Of a DNA stretch of 64,000 nt, positions 8,641-16,920 are shown piece by piece; positions within the stretch are counted from its first letter, which is position 1; every line of letters begins with the position of its first letter. Source of the stretch: a virus; IMG/VR virus record IMGVR_UViG_3300048904_000313, positions 9,468-73,467 of that record, one strand, 5' to 3'. A program made the translations under genes and the position numbers. The notes beneath the pieces are model-generated. The model saw nothing but the letters and a program-made list of their open reading frames with translations. It was not told where the DNA came from and did not search any database.

Positions 8641-8693
8641 GCGAGTCAGGTTGTCAGACCCCGTCGAGACACTGGAACGAGGAGAACAAGCGC

Positions 8694-8975
8694 ATGACCC
8701 AGCCTACTCCCCCGTGGGGCACCCCCACCGGCACCATCAGCGACTCCACCAGCCCCGTCGCGGAGACCCAGCTGCTGGCGCCCATCGGCCAGGTGAAGCC
8801 GCAGCAGCCGCAGCGTCCCACCCGCGAGATGGTGGAGCTCCGCGTCACCGCGGTGCACTACGCCAACAAGATCCTCGGTGAGCAGCCCACCGCGACCCCG
8901 GACACCGCGCTGGCCAGCACCCTGCGGGTGGCGAAGGGACTGGAGGAGTACCTCCTGACCGGAAAGACCGCGTGA
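8694..8975 (+). CDS. Hypothetical protein
   Basis: ATG at 8694 after GAGGAG. Confidence 0.65.
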   Translation: MTQPTPPWGTPTGTISDSTSPVAETQLLAPIGQVKPQQPQRPTREMVELRVTAVHYANKILGEQPTATPDTALASTLRVAKGLEEYLLTGKTA

Positions 8976-9523
8976 GCAGTGACGACCGGGAGGGTGGGGA
9001 GCGCACCGCGCTCCTCACCTTCCCGGGCTGTGACGGGGTGCCGTGGGAGGACAGTGGGGAGGGCGGCCAGTACGTGATGCTGGTCGTGCCTGAGCCCGAG
9101 GACCACGGCAACAACTGTCACGTGGACGTGTCCACGTACCTGCGGCTCCCTCGGCCGGCGAACCGCGTCACCACGGAGCTGACGTACCCCGACGTCTGTC
9201 ACACTCGGAACGATCTCTGGAGCCGCGACGGCTACCTGGACGGTTTCCGCGAGAGTGGCGACGTCTACAAGCACTTCAGCGACGCCGGTGACACGCGTCT
9301 CGCCGCCTGGGCGCTGCGCGCTCGCTCGGAGGGGGAGTTCAGCAAGCCGGTGCTGGCTGCCATCCTCCTTGGCAGTGACAGCCAGTCCAGGTGGTCCGAG
9401 CAGCACAGCGCGTACTGGACCGCCACGCACGCCGACCTGACGTTCCGTGGCCGGCTTCTCTACGACACGCTGAGGAGCTTCCACCAGACGGAGCCGCTTC
9501 TCCTGACCTTCCTGGACACCTGA
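8972..9523 (+). CDS. Hypothetical protein
   Basis: ORF track; GTGA-coupled. Confidence 0.7.
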   Translation: MSSDDREGGERTALLTFPGCDGVPWEDSGEGGQYVMLVVPEPEDHGNNCHVDVSTYLRLPRPANRVTTELTYPDVCHTRNDLWSRDGYLDGFRESGDVYKHFSDAGDTRLAAWALRARSEGEFSKPVLAAILLGSDSQSRWSEQHSAYWTATHADLTFRGRLLYDTLRSFHQTEPLLLTFLDT

Positions 9524-9699
9524 TGCGAGTCCCCGACGCCCCCGACGGCATCACCATGGAAGAGTGGCGGCGCGCGGTGGCACTGCTCGCCGCCACCGCC
9601 ACCCACGGTGAGAACACCACACTCTCTCCCGTCATGCGCGAGAGCAACGTGCTCACCAGTGCCAAGAAGTTCGAGGTCTATCTGCGGGAAGGCCGCTGA
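9523..9699 (+). CDS. Small hypothetical protein
   Basis: TGATG coupling at 9523; C-terminus resembles that of 8694..8975 (A..FE.YL..G). Confidence 0.55.
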   Translation: MRVPDAPDGITMEEWRRAVALLAATATHGENTTLSPVMRESNVLTSAKKFEVYLREGR

Positions 9700-9704
9700 G
9701 GGAG

Positions 9705-9733
9705 TGTACACACGCTCTCTCAGGTGATACGGT
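9705..9733 (+). promoter_or_regulatory. Sigma70/HrdB-type promoter
   Basis: TGTACA-N17(ending TGA)-TACGGT. Confidence 0.65.
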
Positions 9734-9772
9734 TGACTCAGTCAGTCAGGAACTGGAAGAGACGAGGAAGCG

Positions 9773-10147
9773 ATGAACCTGCGAGAGGCCCGTCAGGCCA
9801 TCAAGGCCGTCATGCAGGCGGTCGAGGAGCCGAGCCGAGTGCCGGGCGCCACGATCAAGCGCATCGACTTCGGTCCGAACGGCGCCGTGACCAGGGGCGA
9901 GGTGGTGAGCGTCGCTCGTCGCACCTGGGGTGGCGTCCCCGGCTGGTCCTGGGTGGTGCGGGAGCGCGGTCAGTTCGGCCGTCGCACCCACTACACCTGG
10001 TGGCTGGAGAAGGCCGTCATGCAGCCCACGGAGTGGGAGGCCGGCACGCTCGTGGCGTACACCGTGACGGGTAACCCGGACAAGGACACCTTCCAGGAGC
10101 TCGCCGACACCCACGAGATCAAGATCGAGGGCCTCGCGCTCTCCTAG
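9773..10147 (+). CDS. Hypothetical protein
   Basis: ORF track; strong RBS. Confidence 0.7.
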   Translation: MNLREARQAIKAVMQAVEEPSRVPGATIKRIDFGPNGAVTRGEVVSVARRTWGGVPGWSWVVRERGQFGRRTHYTWWLEKAVMQPTEWEAGTLVAYTVTGNPDKDTFQELADTHEIKIEGLALS

Positions 10148-10159
10148 GAGAACTCAACC

Positions 10160-10384
10160 ATGAAGAAGCAGCCCATCGAGCTGGCCAGTGTCTTCAGCGA
10201 CCAGATGAACGCCATCGAGGCCGCGTCGACGACGAACAAGGTCATCGACGCGATCATCGTCTTCGGCATCGCCGCCGGCGCGAACGTGGTGGCTGACCGC
10301 ACCAACCTGCCCATCATGAAGTGGATCTGCTGGGGCTTCAGCGGCCTCGGCGCCTACATCCTCTACCTCGCGTTCTTCGCCTAG
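10160..10384 (+). CDS. Small membrane protein (2 predicted TM helices)
   Basis: Two hydrophobic stretches; AGGAG RBS. Confidence 0.65.
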   Translation: MKKQPIELASVFSDQMNAIEAASTTNKVIDAIIVFGIAAGANVVADRTNLPIMKWICWGFSGLGAYILYLAFFA

Positions 10385-10399
10385 AAGGGAACCAACCAC

Positions 10400-10618
10400 A
10401 TGCACGTCCTCCTCGCCGTTCACGACAGTGGCGGTGCCATGCAGCAGCTCAAGGACGCTCCCTGGTGGGAGCAGCTCGCCGGCGCGGCTGGCCTCGGCGT
10501 CGGTGCCTACCTCGTCCACAAGTACTTCGGCGACAGCATGGCTGGTGAGATCGCGCAGTTCCTGCTCGGTCTCGGCGCCCTGATCCTGCTCTACCACGGC
10601 ATCTTCGGCGACAGCTGA
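10400..10618 (+). CDS. Small membrane protein (2 predicted TM helices)
   Basis: Two hydrophobic stretches; RBS. Confidence 0.65.
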   Translation: MHVLLAVHDSGGAMQQLKDAPWWEQLAGAAGLGVGAYLVHKYFGDSMAGEIAQFLLGLGALILLYHGIFGDS

Positions 10619-10622
10619 GGCC

Positions 10623-10659
10623 GACGGCGGGCACCCCTCACGGGGTGTCCGCCTTCGTC
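10623..10659 (+). terminator. Intrinsic terminator hairpin
   Basis: GGCGGGCACCCC-TCAC-GGGGTGTCCGCC followed by TTCG. Confidence 0.75.
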
Positions 10660-10670
10660 AGTGCGGAGAC

Positions 10671-10699
10671 TGTACAGCGGTCCCCAGGTGTGATAGGCT
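10671..10699 (+). promoter_or_regulatory. Sigma70/HrdB-type promoter
   Basis: TGTACA-N17(ending TGA)-TAGGCT. Confidence 0.7.
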
Positions 10700-10739
10700 G
10701 TAACCAGCAGCCAGGAAGAGATCAGGAAGCGAGGACGTC

Positions 10740-11162
10740 ATGAGCACTCAGACAGCCGCCACAGAGACGGTCAAGAGCAGCGGGATCAAGGACGCGGATG
10801 AGTTCGCGGCCCAGGCGCGTGAGCTCGGTCTGGACGTCAAGGTGAAGATCACCAACAGCGAGCCGGTGTACTTCCGTGACGGCAAGGAGATGCTGCCGGC
10901 GGTCCTCAACGTGTGCGTCGTGGTGAACATCCCGGTGCCGGAGTCGGTCAACGACACCGCGCTGGGACTCGCGGAGCGCTGCAACACCCTCTACAGCTAC
11001 TGGACCAAGCGGCAGTCGCCGCGGGCTCGTGGCCGCTGGGTGCAGGGCAGCCACTCCACCCTCGGACACTCCGAGGACATGCACGTCAAGCACCGGGTCG
11101 TCACCCGTCTCGAGGGCATGGCGCGTGACCTGCAGATGCTGCAGAAGCTGGCTCAGGACTGA
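10740..11162 (+). CDS. Hypothetical protein
   Basis: ORF track; GAGG RBS. Confidence 0.7.
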   Translation: MSTQTAATETVKSSGIKDADEFAAQARELGLDVKVKITNSEPVYFRDGKEMLPAVLNVCVVVNIPVPESVNDTALGLAERCNTLYSYWTKRQSPRARGRWVQGSHSTLGHSEDMHVKHRVVTRLEGMARDLQMLQKLAQD

Positions 11163-11166
11163 CTCC

Positions 11167-11195
11167 GTTTCAACTGATCACTGGCCTGGTATAAT
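11167..11195 (+). promoter_or_regulatory. Sigma70-type promoter (extended -10)
   Basis: GTTTCA-N17(ending TGG)-TATAAT. Confidence 0.65.
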
Positions 11196-11238
11196 GGCCT
11201 TGTAGGGAACCGATGAGAAGAGAGTGGGTGACACCCCG

Positions 11239-11781
11239 ATGACCGATGCGAACGTGACAGCCTCTCCAGCCGAGGGCAAGCTGCGGCGTCTCCGCGACAG
11301 CTACCGTGAGGTGGAGTTCGTGGGTGAGCTCCTCAGCGAGGTGAGCACCGACAACAACAGCTCACCGCGCTGGACGGAGATGGAGCTGTACAAGATCACT
11401 GACGGTCCGAGCACGGGCAAGTACGTGCTCAGCGTCATGGGTCGCAGCGTGGTCTACCACGGCCACAACGGCGCGTGCAACTCCGGTGTGCCGGTCTCCG
11501 TCAAGGAGATCAGCGAGGAGTTCGAGCCGTGCCACCGTTGCAACCCGCCGTCGCCTGCGAAGCTCGGCGCGACCCTGACCGTGGACCTGGAGGAGGACCG
11601 TCCTCAGGTGCACGTCGTGGGCGACCCGCAGGAGCTCCTGCGCAAGCTGCACAACCCGCGGGCCAACGCCATCAGTGGCCCCGGCCAGCGTCTCCTCGCG
11701 ATCGCCGCACTGCACGACGACGGCGAGACCGTGAAGGACGAGGGCATCTTCAACGCGATCAACCGGGTCGAGCGACTCTGA
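11239..11781 (+). CDS. Hypothetical protein (two Cys motifs)
   Basis: ATG at 11239 in frame with track ORF; HNGAC...PCHRC. Confidence 0.7.
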   Translation: MTDANVTASPAEGKLRRLRDSYREVEFVGELLSEVSTDNNSSPRWTEMELYKITDGPSTGKYVLSVMGRSVVYHGHNGACNSGVPVSVKEISEEFEPCHRCNPPSPAKLGATLTVDLEEDRPQVHVVGDPQELLRKLHNPRANAISGPGQRLLAIAALHDDGETVKDEGIFNAINRVERL

Positions 11782-11820
11782 GAGCGCTCACCGTCAACTG
11801 AAGAAAGGAACGAGGGACCG

Positions 11821-12234
11821 ATGGGACTGTTCGGAAGTGGCCGCAAGCCGGTGGTAGGTGGCGTGGTCTTAAGCTCCGACGGCGCGACGTTCCTCGCCGC
11901 GCAGCGGAGCTACCCACCCGCCCTGGCAGGGCGGTGGGAGCTCCCTGGCGGCAAGTCGGAGCCCGGTGAGCGGCCGCCGGACACGCTGAAGCGCGAGCTC
12001 CTGGAGGAGCTCGGCATCCGCGTCAACGTGACGGTGAAGCTCAGCGGCAGCGTCAACGTGCCCAACTCCGACCTGAAGCTTCAGGTCTGGGTGGCACGTC
12101 TGGTGAGCGGCCGGCCACGCCTCATCGAGGGGCATCAGCAGATCAGGTGGTTGACCAGGGACCAGTTGTGGTCAGTCAACTGGCTGGACTCCAACAAGTC
12201 GTTCGTCAGGCAGATCCCAGCTCACCTGACGTAG
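11821..12234 (+). CDS. Nudix (MutT-like) hydrolase
   Basis: Nudix box GRWELPGGKSEPGERPPDTLKRELLEELG; in-frame TTA codon at 11869. Confidence 0.9.
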   Translation: MGLFGSGRKPVVGGVVLSSDGATFLAAQRSYPPALAGRWELPGGKSEPGERPPDTLKRELLEELGIRVNVTVKLSGSVNVPNSDLKLQVWVARLVSGRPRLIEGHQQIRWLTRDQLWSVNWLDSNKSFVRQIPAHLT

Positions 12235-12238
12235 CCTG

Positions 12239-12267
12239 TGTACATTTGACGCTGGTACTGGTAACCT
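12239..12267 (+). promoter_or_regulatory. Sigma70/HrdB-type promoter
   Basis: TGTACA-N17(ending TGG)-TAACCT. Confidence 0.7.
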
Positions 12268-12308
12268 GGGTACCAGCAGGGAGGAACCGGAACAGGAAGA
12301 GGAAGACG

Positions 12309-12824
12309 ATGACCAACGCCGCGTACCAGAGCACCAGGACGACCGCTGCCGACATGAAGGTGGCGATCGCGTTTGAGAAGACGGTGCACATCCTCTACGG
12401 CGAGACCAAGGTCGACGGAGACGTCGCCACCGGCCTCGTCGAGTGGCGGGAGATCGAGCCGCACGAGGTCCGTCAGAGCAAGGACGGCAACCTCTACGTG
12501 GTTGCGATGTGCCGCCTCCGCGGCGAGCGTCGTCACTTCCGCCTGGACCGGATCAGCCACTACAACTCCGGTACACGCGGGTTCATCCTCCCCTGGCCCG
12601 AGAAGGCCGACCCGGAGGAGATCACCGACTGGTGGGGTCTCACCAGCCAGACCGGCACCACCGTGCTGCAGGTCGAGCTCAACACCGATGGCCAGCCCAA
12701 CCCCTACGCTCTGGTCCTGAAGAAGGCGCAGACGGAGTCGGGCAAGGTGCGGGCGGTGGTCAAGGCCGAGCGCGGCATCAGCATCCGACGGCTGCGTCGG
12801 AAGGACGTTCTCGCCTGGAGGTGA
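12309..12824 (+). CDS. WYL-domain protein
   Basis: I.Y......REIEPHEV......YVVAMCRLRGERRHFRLDRI matches the WYL consensus; no HTH seen. Confidence 0.8.
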   Translation: MTNAAYQSTRTTAADMKVAIAFEKTVHILYGETKVDGDVATGLVEWREIEPHEVRQSKDGNLYVVAMCRLRGERRHFRLDRISHYNSGTRGFILPWPEKADPEEITDWWGLTSQTGTTVLQVELNTDGQPNPYALVLKKAQTESGKVRAVVKAERGISIRRLRRKDVLAWR

Positions 12825-12825
12825 G

Positions 12826-13098
12826 ATGAGCAGGGCAAAGTACGAGCGCTACGAAAAGCGCTACAACGAGCGCACTGCCGTCGCGGCGGTCAACACCAAC
12901 ACCAGGTGGACCGTCGCGGAGGAGGCGCGACTCCTCAGAACGTGGTGTCGCGCCGCCGCCTCGCCGGCAGCGCGAATCCACGTGGCCAAGGTCCTCGGCC
13001 GGACATACGTGGCGTGTGCCAAGCGGCACGCGTACCTTCACGTCCGACGAGGCAACTGGCGGGGTTGCAAGGCCGATCCCCGCCGGCGAGGGAGCTAG
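12826..13098 (+). CDS. Small basic protein, possibly Myb/HTH-like
   Basis: RWTVAEEARLL...A..LGRTYVAC..R..YL pattern. Confidence 0.55.
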   Translation: MSRAKYERYEKRYNERTAVAAVNTNTRWTVAEEARLLRTWCRAAASPAARIHVAKVLGRTYVACAKRHAYLHVRRGNWRGCKADPRRRGS

Positions 13099-13117
13099 AG
13101 ATGGCAGGCTCAGGGCG

Positions 13118-13146
13118 TGTACATCTCGTCCGCCAACTGGTAGGTT
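13118..13146 (+). promoter_or_regulatory. Sigma70/HrdB-type promoter
   Basis: TGTACA-N17(ending TGG)-TAGGTT. Confidence 0.7.
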
Positions 13147-13181
13147 GGCTAGGAACGAACAGGAAGGGAAGGGAACCAGGG

Positions 13182-14525
13182 GTGACAAGCACCAACGACT
13201 TGCCGGACGTCTCACCGACCGGTATCAATGACAGCGCCAAGATGGTCTGGCAGATGGTCCAGGCGTCGTACTCGTTCCAGAAGTACGCCAGTCCCGGCAA
13301 GCTCCAGGGTCTCCCCGGGAAGTACTGGTCGGGTGCCGTCAACTCGGTCATCAACGAGCTCTGGCCCGCTCTCAACGACCGGATGCTGACCACCAAGGAG
13401 GAGGCGGAGGAGCTCAAGCTCGCTCTCAACCGCTTCCTGCGGGTCAACCGCGCCATGGTCTGCACCCGCGACGGTGGCCTGGTCAAGAAGTCGGTGTGGT
13501 TCGTGGCCACCCACTGGCCCGAGCTCACCGTCAGTCCGGGACCCAAGCAGGGTGCCAAGGCGTCAGAGAGCCCGGTTGCGGACGTCGTCACCGACGAGGC
13601 GGCCACCGCGAGTCCCACCACCATGGGCGTGTCGGCTACCCCGCTCGACGTGTTCAAGCTCAGCAAGCCGCCGGCTCCCGCCGCGGTGACGGAAGAGAGA
13701 AGTGAGGAAGAGATGACACCCACGTTCACGGAGCCGGTGATCGCGCCCGTCGAGGACGACGACGACGTGGTCGAGCACGAGTGCCGCAAGGACGGCTGCG
13801 ACGAGAAGTTCGAGGGGGTGCACTGGCGCGCCACCCACGAGATGAAGCACGGGTTCCGCGTCAACATGGACGGCACCGTCACGAGCTTCGACCCGAACGC
13901 ACCGACCCCCGATGAGGAGGAGGTCCAGAACCTCATCATCAAGGTCTGCAGGGACCAGGAGCCGATGAACCAGGCTCAGATCGTGGAGGCCGTCCGTACG
14001 GACACGCCGACGGCGAAGTCCCCCACCATCAAGATCATCCTGCAGATCCTCACCGACGACGGCTGGTTCGAGCTCGTCAAGCACTCCATCGAGGGCAAGA
14101 AGGGCCACACCCGCCGCTACAAGTACCTCGGCGAGCCGGTCAAGAAGGCCCGCAAGAAGGTGACCAAGCCCCTCGCTGAGGCGGTGGACGAGACCATCGA
14201 CAAGCTGACCGAGAACGGTGGCTTCATGGAGACCGCGATCAGCACCGTCCGTGGCGAGAACGACCAGTCGCGGGTGGAGCGGTACCGCAGCCTCATCGAG
14301 GAGCTGCTGGCCGACCTGGCCGAGATCGACGACCTGCGCGACCAGATCAAGCGGATGGAGCAGAGCAACGAGCTCCTCGAGGCGGAGCTCAAGCGCACCG
14401 CCAAGGAGCGGGACGACGCGTGGGAGAAGGCCAAGACCATCGGCAGCGAGGAGCTGGCGCGAGTCACGGCCGAGCGGGACGAGCTCCAGGGTAAGCTGGA
14501 CACCCTCAAGCAGATCTTCAACTGA
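13182..14525 (+). CDS. Multidomain protein: C2H2-like Zn finger, probable winged helix, C-terminal coiled coil
   Basis: CRKDGC...HEMKH; MNQAQIVEAV...TIKIILQILTDDGWF; heptad-rich C-terminus; GTG at 13182. Confidence 0.65.
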   Translation: MTSTNDLPDVSPTGINDSAKMVWQMVQASYSFQKYASPGKLQGLPGKYWSGAVNSVINELWPALNDRMLTTKEEAEELKLALNRFLRVNRAMVCTRDGGLVKKSVWFVATHWPELTVSPGPKQGAKASESPVADVVTDEAATASPTTMGVSATPLDVFKLSKPPAPAAVTEERSEEEMTPTFTEPVIAPVEDDDDVVEHECRKDGCDEKFEGVHWRATHEMKHGFRVNMDGTVTSFDPNAPTPDEEEVQNLIIKVCRDQEPMNQAQIVEAVRTDTPTAKSPTIKIILQILTDDGWFELVKHSIEGKKGHTRRYKYLGEPVKKARKKVTKPLAEAVDETIDKLTENGGFMETAISTVRGENDQSRVERYRSLIEELLADLAEIDDLRDQIKRMEQSNELLEAELKRTAKERDDAWEKAKTIGSEELARVTAERDELQGKLDTLKQIFN

Positions 14526-14552
14526 GCTGTACCAGCGACAAGGAACGACGCG

Positions 14553-14954
14553 ATGACGGACATCTCCGCGCCTGACGATCACCAGCGCACCCGACCGGGT
14601 GAGGTCTGGGAGGCTCAGCTGCTGACGGGGGTGTCCGTCACGGCCGAAAAGCCACTCACTCACGGTGAGGCGCGAGAGGCCAACCAAGCGGTTCACGACG
14701 TCGTTGGCAAGCTCGCCGCGCTCACCGTTCGGCGGCAGTGCAACCAGCACGCCTGCACGCTGCCCTCAACGGGGGCGTGCGAGCACGAGAACGCGCGGCG
14801 GGATGCCGACTACCTGCGGCACGTGCTAGACGTTCTCGGGCTGCCTCAGGACTTCCAGCAGGTCACTGAGGCCGACCGCGCCGGCCTGCTCGACGCGATG
14901 GCGCAGAAGCAGGCCATCGGCGTGGACCGGTACGAGACGATCATCGAGGACTGA
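14553..14954 (+). CDS. Hypothetical protein
   Basis: ORF track; AAGGA RBS. Confidence 0.6.
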   Translation: MTDISAPDDHQRTRPGEVWEAQLLTGVSVTAEKPLTHGEAREANQAVHDVVGKLAALTVRRQCNQHACTLPSTGACEHENARRDADYLRHVLDVLGLPQDFQQVTEADRAGLLDAMAQKQAIGVDRYETIIED

Positions 14955-15028
14955 CCCCTTCCCGACCCTGGGCGGACGCTTCCCGGGGTGATAGATTGAT
15001 CCAGAACTGAGTGAAGGGAAGAGACCGC

Positions 15029-15994
15029 ATGGCACTCATTCTGCTTGAGGGTGTCGACGGCGGTGGCAAGTCCACGCTGGCCGACCGTATCGAGGAGACG
15101 TTCAAGTTCCTCACCGAGGACGACCCCAACCCGCCCCAGGTCGTCCGGATTCACAAGGGCAAGCCCACCCCCAACCTGGACGCGTTCCAGGAGTACGAGC
15201 TTCCCCTGGAGCGGTTCGACCTCCGCGACCTGATCCACTCAGCGCGAGACCTCGTCATCATGGACCGCTGGCACGCTGGCGAGATCCCCTACGGCACGAT
15301 CTACCGTGGCTCCAGCCGCCTGGACCAGGCCGGCCTCCTGCACGTGGAGCTCGTCCTCAGCGCGGTGGGCGCGGTGAAGGTGCTCGCTCAACCCGACGAG
15401 GTGGACCTCGTCAAGTTCCGTCTCAAGGCGCGGGGCGAGGACTTCCTGCAGCCTGAGCACGTGGACCGTGTCTGGCAGTGGTACGAGTCCCTGAAGAAGC
15501 TGTACGGCTACGTCCGCGCCAGTGACACCGCCCCGTCTGAGCTGATCCAGCTCGCCAGGGAGCGAGCCCTGGACTCTCATCGCACGGTGCCGCAGTCCTG
15601 GCCAGGGTACGTGGGCAGTCAGTTCCCGCGTCTTCTCCTGGTGGGAGACCAGCGGAACGACGGCCCCCGCGCTCGCCATGAGTTCGTCCGCGCCTTCACG
15701 CCGTGTCTCGGTGGCAGCTCCGCGGTCTACCTCCTCAACACGCTCAACCTGGCGGACATCCGTCGCGAGGTGGGCATCGTCAACGCTCACGAGCCGGGTG
15801 TGGATCTCACGCTGATCGACAAGATCGAGCCGCGGCCGGCCGTCGTGGCGCTTGGTCGCCTCGCGTCGAAGACGCTGACCGACGCCGGCGTGGAGCACGA
15901 GGCAGTGCCGCATCCTCAGTGGACGCGTCGCTTCCGCAACCAGAAGATGGGCTGGTATGCCCAGGAGATCAAGGAGGCCGCCGGATGGAAGTGA
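15029..15994 (+). CDS. dNMP (thymidylate-type) kinase fused to a uracil-DNA glycosylase-like domain
   Basis: N-terminal ILLEGVDGGGKSTLA and IMDRWH.GE..YG..YRG; C-terminal LLLVGDQRN, VVALGRLA, VPHPQW..RF. Confidence 0.75.
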   Translation: MALILLEGVDGGGKSTLADRIEETFKFLTEDDPNPPQVVRIHKGKPTPNLDAFQEYELPLERFDLRDLIHSARDLVIMDRWHAGEIPYGTIYRGSSRLDQAGLLHVELVLSAVGAVKVLAQPDEVDLVKFRLKARGEDFLQPEHVDRVWQWYESLKKLYGYVRASDTAPSELIQLARERALDSHRTVPQSWPGYVGSQFPRLLLVGDQRNDGPRARHEFVRAFTPCLGGSSAVYLLNTLNLADIRREVGIVNAHEPGVDLTLIDKIEPRPAVVALGRLASKTLTDAGVEHEAVPHPQWTRRFRNQKMGWYAQEIKEAAGWK

Positions 15995-16920
15995 TCGCCA
16001 AGACCGGCTCTGAGGCGTACGTGGAGCTGATGCAGGCTGTCCTCAACGAGGGTGAGCCGACGTCTCCACGTGGCCAGCTGACGTTTGAGCTGCTGAACGT
16101 CACCGTCCAGGTGGAGGACCTCGAGGAGGCGCACGTCCTCAACACGGCGAGGAAAGTCAACACCAAGATCCTCGCCACCGAGTACATGCACCTGCTCGGC
16201 GGCCTGAGCTCCCTTGAGCAGCTCGACCTCGCGTCCGGTGGGCGGTTCTCCCAGTTCGCGAACGGCGGCCGTCTCCTGGGCGCCTACGGCCCTCGAATCA
16301 GGCGTCAGCTGCCCAGGGTCGTTGAGCTTCTGAGCCGCGACCCCGACACCCGGCAGGCGGTCCTCTCCATCTGGACCGGCCGGGAGCACGAGGTCGACTC
16401 CAGGGACGTGCCCTGCACCCTGACCGTGCAGTTCCTCCTTCGCGACAACCAGCTTCACGTCCGCGTCTCCATGCGCTCTAATGATGTGGTGCTCGGCATT
16501 CCCTACGACTGGTGGATGTTCAGCCGGCTAGGCATGTCGGTGGCGTCGGCCCTGGGCGTGGAGACCGGCTCGTACACGCACACCGTTGGCTCCATGCACC
16601 TGTACGACCGCGACCTCGGCATCGCCAACGACGTGGAAGACATCGGCTTCCTCGCCAAGCCTCGCCTGGCGGTTCCCCCGGCTCTCACCTACGTCGGTGA
16701 CCGGGAGGACAAGGTCTTCCGAATGATCAAGCTGATGCAGGTGGCGGAGGACATCTGTCTCGACGACCCGTCGCACTGGGGCGCCGACTACCTCGGCATG
16801 GACTGGTACCACGGTCACGTGCCGCGGATCACCGACGTCAAGCAGTGTGTCAGCTGCCACTGCGTGGTCAAGACCGCTGAGATGTCGGAGCACCCACAGT
16901 TCTGCAAGGCCTGCAACTGA
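15985..16920 (+). CDS. Thymidylate-synthase-fold enzyme, dCMP hydroxymethylase-like (T4 gp42-like)
   Basis: DVPCTLTVQFLLRD...MRSNDVVLGIPYDWW; Asp (16507-16509) at the position that is Asn in dUMP-specific ThyA; HTVGSMHLY. Confidence 0.8.
   Translation: MEVIAKTGSEAYVELMQAVLNEGEPTSPRGQLTFELLNVTVQVEDLEEAHVLNTARKVNTKILATEYMHLLGGLSSLEQLDLASGGRFSQFANGGRLLGAYGPRIRRQLPRVVELLSRDPDTRQAVLSIWTGREHEVDSRDVPCTLTVQFLLRDNQLHVRVSMRSNDVVLGIPYDWWMFSRLGMSVASALGVETGSYTHTVGSMHLYDRDLGIANDVEDIGFLAKPRLAVPPALTYVGDREDKVFRMIKLMQVAEDICLDDPSHWGADYLGMDWYHGHVPRITDVKQCVSCHCVVKTAEMSEHPQFCKACN

Noticed and set aside
15985-16920. Ordinary thymidylate synthase (thyA) call
   Set aside because: PCT instead of PCH and Asp instead of the dUMP-specifying Asn fit the dCMP hydroxymethylase branch better. 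It is not fully excluded without an assay.
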